Source: Opitutales bacterium
GTDB lineage: Bacteria > Verrucomicrobiota > Verrucomicrobiia > Opitutales > JABSRG01
Assembly: GCA_049599475.1 (NCBI GenBank)
Contig: JBMYOQ010000016.1
Span: forward strand, 1 to 64,000
Direction of reading: 5' to 3'
DNA length: 64,000 bases
Under the pieces are notes generated by a model that saw only the letters and a program-made list of their open reading frames with translations, was not told where the DNA came from and did not search any database. Shown one piece after another: positions 61,076 through 64,000 of this stretch; position 1 is the stretch's first letter, and each line of letters begins with the position of its first letter. The position numbers and the translations under genes are program-made.

Positions 61076-62443
61076 ATGCTCGCCAAGATACATCGCATAG
61101 TATGCCGAGACGATTCGTTTCTAAAACTACTCTTAGCGATTTGTATTCTATTCGGGGCGGGCTTGTTTCTCTCCCGCATCATCGAAATTCCGTGGCAGAG
61201 TGCACTCCGCGGCTGGGACAATAGTTTCTACTACATGTGGACGCGGTCCTTAATGATCGATGGCGATATAGACTTTGCGAATGAACGGGAAATCAACAAC
61301 ACCATAGCCCCCGCGAATATTGAGAGTTTCGCAGCGATGGAACCCACTAAGACGGGACTCCTCCCCAACAAATATGGAATCGGCTGGGGGTTATCAGCTA
61401 TCCCATTTTTCCTAATCGCAGACGGTATTGTTTGGGGAGCCAATCTCACAGGACTCACCGAGATTCCGCGCGATGGCTATGGCCCGATATACCAAATTTG
61501 CCAACAGCTCGGCCACTTGTGCTACGCTCTCATAGGCCTGTATTGCGCATACAAAATTTGCCTGTGCTTCTTTCCACCACTCCTCAGCAAGATCGGAATT
61601 CTCGGAGCCTGGAGCACAAGTATGCTGCCCTATTACCAGTGCTTAAACCTTAGCATGGCGCACAATTTAACATTCACATATACCGCCATCTGCTACCTCG
61701 CATCGCTACGCTTGCTCGATGATACTACCTCATACCGCAAGCGTTGGATCGCCCTGCTTTGGTTTTCCAGCGGCATGCTCGTAGTCACGCGATTTCAGGC
61801 TGCGGTGTATTTGATTTTTCCTGCATATGTAATTTTAAAGGGCTTGATAGCGAGGAAAGATATCACCTCGACCTGCGCTCTCTTCACCTTAGCCCTGGCA
61901 CCCGTCATCACACAGCTAATCGCCTGGAAAATTATCTACGGCAGCTTTCTGATCAACACATATGCGCACAACGAAGAGGGGTTTTATTGGAGCACTCCCG
62001 CGCTGCTAGAAGTCTTATTTTCCCCAAATCATGGCCTCTTTTACTGGCATCCCGTTCTGCTGATAGGCCTAGCGGGATTCATAGTGTTTTCTAAGCACCA
62101 AAAGGAAATCGGCATAGCCTGGCTTATTAGCCTCGGCGCCACCTATTATGTGAATGCATCTTGGTGGTGCTGGTGGCTCGGCTCATCGTTTGGCCTCCGA
62201 AACTTCGAAGCTTCTGTGCTCTTTTTCATGGTCGGCTTTTCCTACTTTCTCAACAGTATCCGGTCTCGTGAGTCCTATTGGGTCGCTGCGAAATACGGCC
62301 TCCTTGTATTCACTCTATGGAACATTAATATCTGCGTCCTCTATTCAGCTGATGCTATCAGCCGAAATAGCGCAGTAAGCTGGTTTGAAATGCTGGAAGC
62401 GACCGCGACCTTCTACCCTTCGATACTGACACGTGTGTTCTAG
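61076..62443 (+). CDS. Polytopic membrane protein, probable GT-C fold glycosyltransferase
   Basis: About 11 TM helices; first-loop 'GWDNSFYY', 'NKYGIG', 'LFSPNHGLF', 'WWCWW.G.SFG.R'. Confidence 0.6.
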   Translation: MLAKIHRIVCRDDSFLKLLLAICILFGAGLFLSRIIEIPWQSALRGWDNSFYYMWTRSLMIDGDIDFANEREINNTIAPANIESFAAMEPTKTGLLPNKYGIGWGLSAIPFFLIADGIVWGANLTGLTEIPRDGYGPIYQICQQLGHLCYALIGLYCAYKICLCFFPPLLSKIGILGAWSTSMLPYYQCLNLSMAHNLTFTYTAICYLASLRLLDDTTSYRKRWIALLWFSSGMLVVTRFQAAVYLIFPAYVILKGLIARKDITSTCALFTLALAPVITQLIAWKIIYGSFLINTYAHNEEGFYWSTPALLEVLFSPNHGLFYWHPVLLIGLAGFIVFSKHQKEIGIAWLISLGATYYVNASWWCWWLGSSFGLRNFEASVLFFMVGFSYFLNSIRSRESYWVAAKYGLLVFTLWNINICVLYSADAISRNSAVSWFEMLEATATFYPSILTRVF

Positions 62444-62479
62444 CGACTCTGGCTTATTCAATATCCAAGGGCTACCCGA

Positions 62480-63904
62480 TTATTTTCCCGAAACACCGGC
62501 CTCGTAGTCGGTATCATCGAAGAAACCAGCGATGCGGTAGACCTGGGTATTGATCTCTTTCATTTGATCTGTGAGTTCGGTGTAGAGTTCATATTTATAA
62601 TTAATGATACCCTTGTTGGAGTTGGTGTTCGAAGGGTCGACCTTCGTGTTTTTCATATCGTTATCTCCGTAACGAAACCAGTGCCACCCCACGCTATTGC
62701 GGGCTGCCAGTAGATTGAGCACCATGTTTTGGTAGTAGTAGCCCCGGTACTTTTGACCTTTAGTCATCCAGCCAGCCCCTGCCTCATTGGTAAGATGGGG
62801 CGTATCGAGGCCTTTCGCATACCACTCTGAGATGATAAACGGACGATCCACCCACTCTGCCCAGCTAGCCATGAGATCTGCGGGCAGCATCCAGGGGCCG
62901 TAGTAGTTGAAAGTCATGACATCGGCGTGTTTCGCATAAGCTTTTACGGCATCCTCAACACGGAATACCCGGATCATACGATGGCCCAGATATAGGTGAT
63001 TGGGGTCATACTTCTTGATAGCGCCACTGACGATGCGTCCGTATGTCTCGATGACATATCCGAGGAATGCATTTTTGTCGGCATCGTCCGCATCCGCGAT
63101 CGTCACGGAGTCTTTCCCTTTCCTCTTTGCTAACCATGAATGAGCGGAAACATAGCCCGGATCTGCCGGATCGAGCGCGAGATATTGCTCTAAGTTTGTG
63201 GTGCGCAAAGGCATCTCATTGTCAGAGAAATGTCCCAACAAATAGGGGTCGTCCTTGGTAGCCGCAAAGCGCTTGGCATACTCGTCCGCAAATTCAGCAA
63301 ATTCAGGATCGAAGACGGGGATGACTCCGGCCTTGTAGCTGTTATTCCCTGTCCCCATCTGAGCGATGCCTCGCTGCCTGGCGTATGTCCCCATAAAGGA
63401 GGTTTTAGTGACGTAAACGAGCGGATTCGCGGTCGGACGAATGATATCGTTTTTCGACCAAGCTGCGGCTCCGTTGAATCCAAGATCCCACATCTGCTCT
63501 GTCGCGGCTTCCGCCCAGACTGCGTCAGACCCGAATTTCTCTTCAAAATATGGCGTAAAACTCGGACTGCTCTTGTGCGTCGCGATTGCACATACCGCTT
63601 TGTGAATAAATAGGTGTCCTTCGGGATCTATCAGCCACCAGCGCCCCTTGTGCTTCTGAGTGCGGAAGAACCCAGTCGCCTCAAACTCGCTAGACGCGAT
63701 GCCTCCAAATTTGCTGTAGGCCTCATCCTTGCCTTCTACATATCCATCCAGCTGCTTGATGGTGTAAGTTTCTGTAGGCTTCCATTCTTGCGAAAGGCGT
63801 TTCCGTGAATCGACAAAGATCGGCTCGGTCGTCTTGGGGATGGCGTTTTGGGCAGCAGCGCTTGTCACTAGGGCAAGCGCCAAGAATGCGTAGAGATTTC
63901 GCAT
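62480..63904 (-). CDS. Secreted clan GH-A glycoside hydrolase (GH50/agarase-like)
   Basis: Signal peptide, ATGFFRT...GRWWLIDPEG, DPYLLGHFSDNE (acid/base), DPNHLYLG, ISEW (nucleophile), VGWHWF; start placed at MRNLYAF. Confidence 0.75.
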   Translation of the reverse strand: MRNLYAFLALALVTSAAAQNAIPKTTEPIFVDSRKRLSQEWKPTETYTIKQLDGYVEGKDEAYSKFGGIASSEFEATGFFRTQKHKGRWWLIDPEGHLFIHKAVCAIATHKSSPSFTPYFEEKFGSDAVWAEAATEQMWDLGFNGAAAWSKNDIIRPTANPLVYVTKTSFMGTYARQRGIAQMGTGNNSYKAGVIPVFDPEFAEFADEYAKRFAATKDDPYLLGHFSDNEMPLRTTNLEQYLALDPADPGYVSAHSWLAKRKGKDSVTIADADDADKNAFLGYVIETYGRIVSGAIKKYDPNHLYLGHRMIRVFRVEDAVKAYAKHADVMTFNYYGPWMLPADLMASWAEWVDRPFIISEWYAKGLDTPHLTNEAGAGWMTKGQKYRGYYYQNMVLNLLAARNSVGWHWFRYGDNDMKNTKVDPSNTNSNKGIINYKYELYTELTDQMKEINTQVYRIAGFFDDTDYEAGVSGK

Positions 63905-64000
63905 GATTGAGGGAATTCGGTTCTTATGGGTGATTGGGTGTGAGACCTTCACTATAAAACCCCGCTTTTGTAGAATCGTTTAATCAAATAACAAAGTCGG

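Overview
A gene-dense 64 kb bacterial chromosomal segment of moderate GC. Gene content and style suggest Verrucomicrobiota/Opitutales (inference). It is mostly housekeeping: ppiD-like, nadK, ribB-ribH-nusB-ftsY-aroB, ogg, trkAH, fur-sufCBDT, nth, fabB, queA, an ECF sigma/anti-sigma pair, glnB, clpP, rpiB, miaB, an M16 peptidase, an ABC exporter and a GH-A glycoside hydrolase. I found no rRNA, tRNA, CRISPR array, transposase or prophage. The notable accessory features are: (1) a tightly packed 12-gene membrane-stress cluster (38947-48207) joining an nfeD-nfeD-floA-yqfB flotillin module to a DUF4178-DUF350-Gly-tail peptide-membrane SpeE-CesT/YjfI-PspA-SpeD polyamine module; (2) a lone PotD-like binding protein paired with a hybrid histidine kinase, a candidate polyamine sensor; (3) a GxxExxY PD-(D/E)XK gene whose start and stop codons lie inside a 31/32-bp inverted repeat, plus an 'empty' heptamer inverted repeat nearby; (4) an Irr/PerR-like regulator heading suf, with tandem ICE/Per-like boxes and a candidate sRNA; (5) a covarying GTAG-type REP family; (6) a RibB fusion with a degenerate GTP cyclohydrolase II domain and a mycobacterial-like lipid O-methyltransferase. 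All family assignments come from motif recognition by eye, not database searches.
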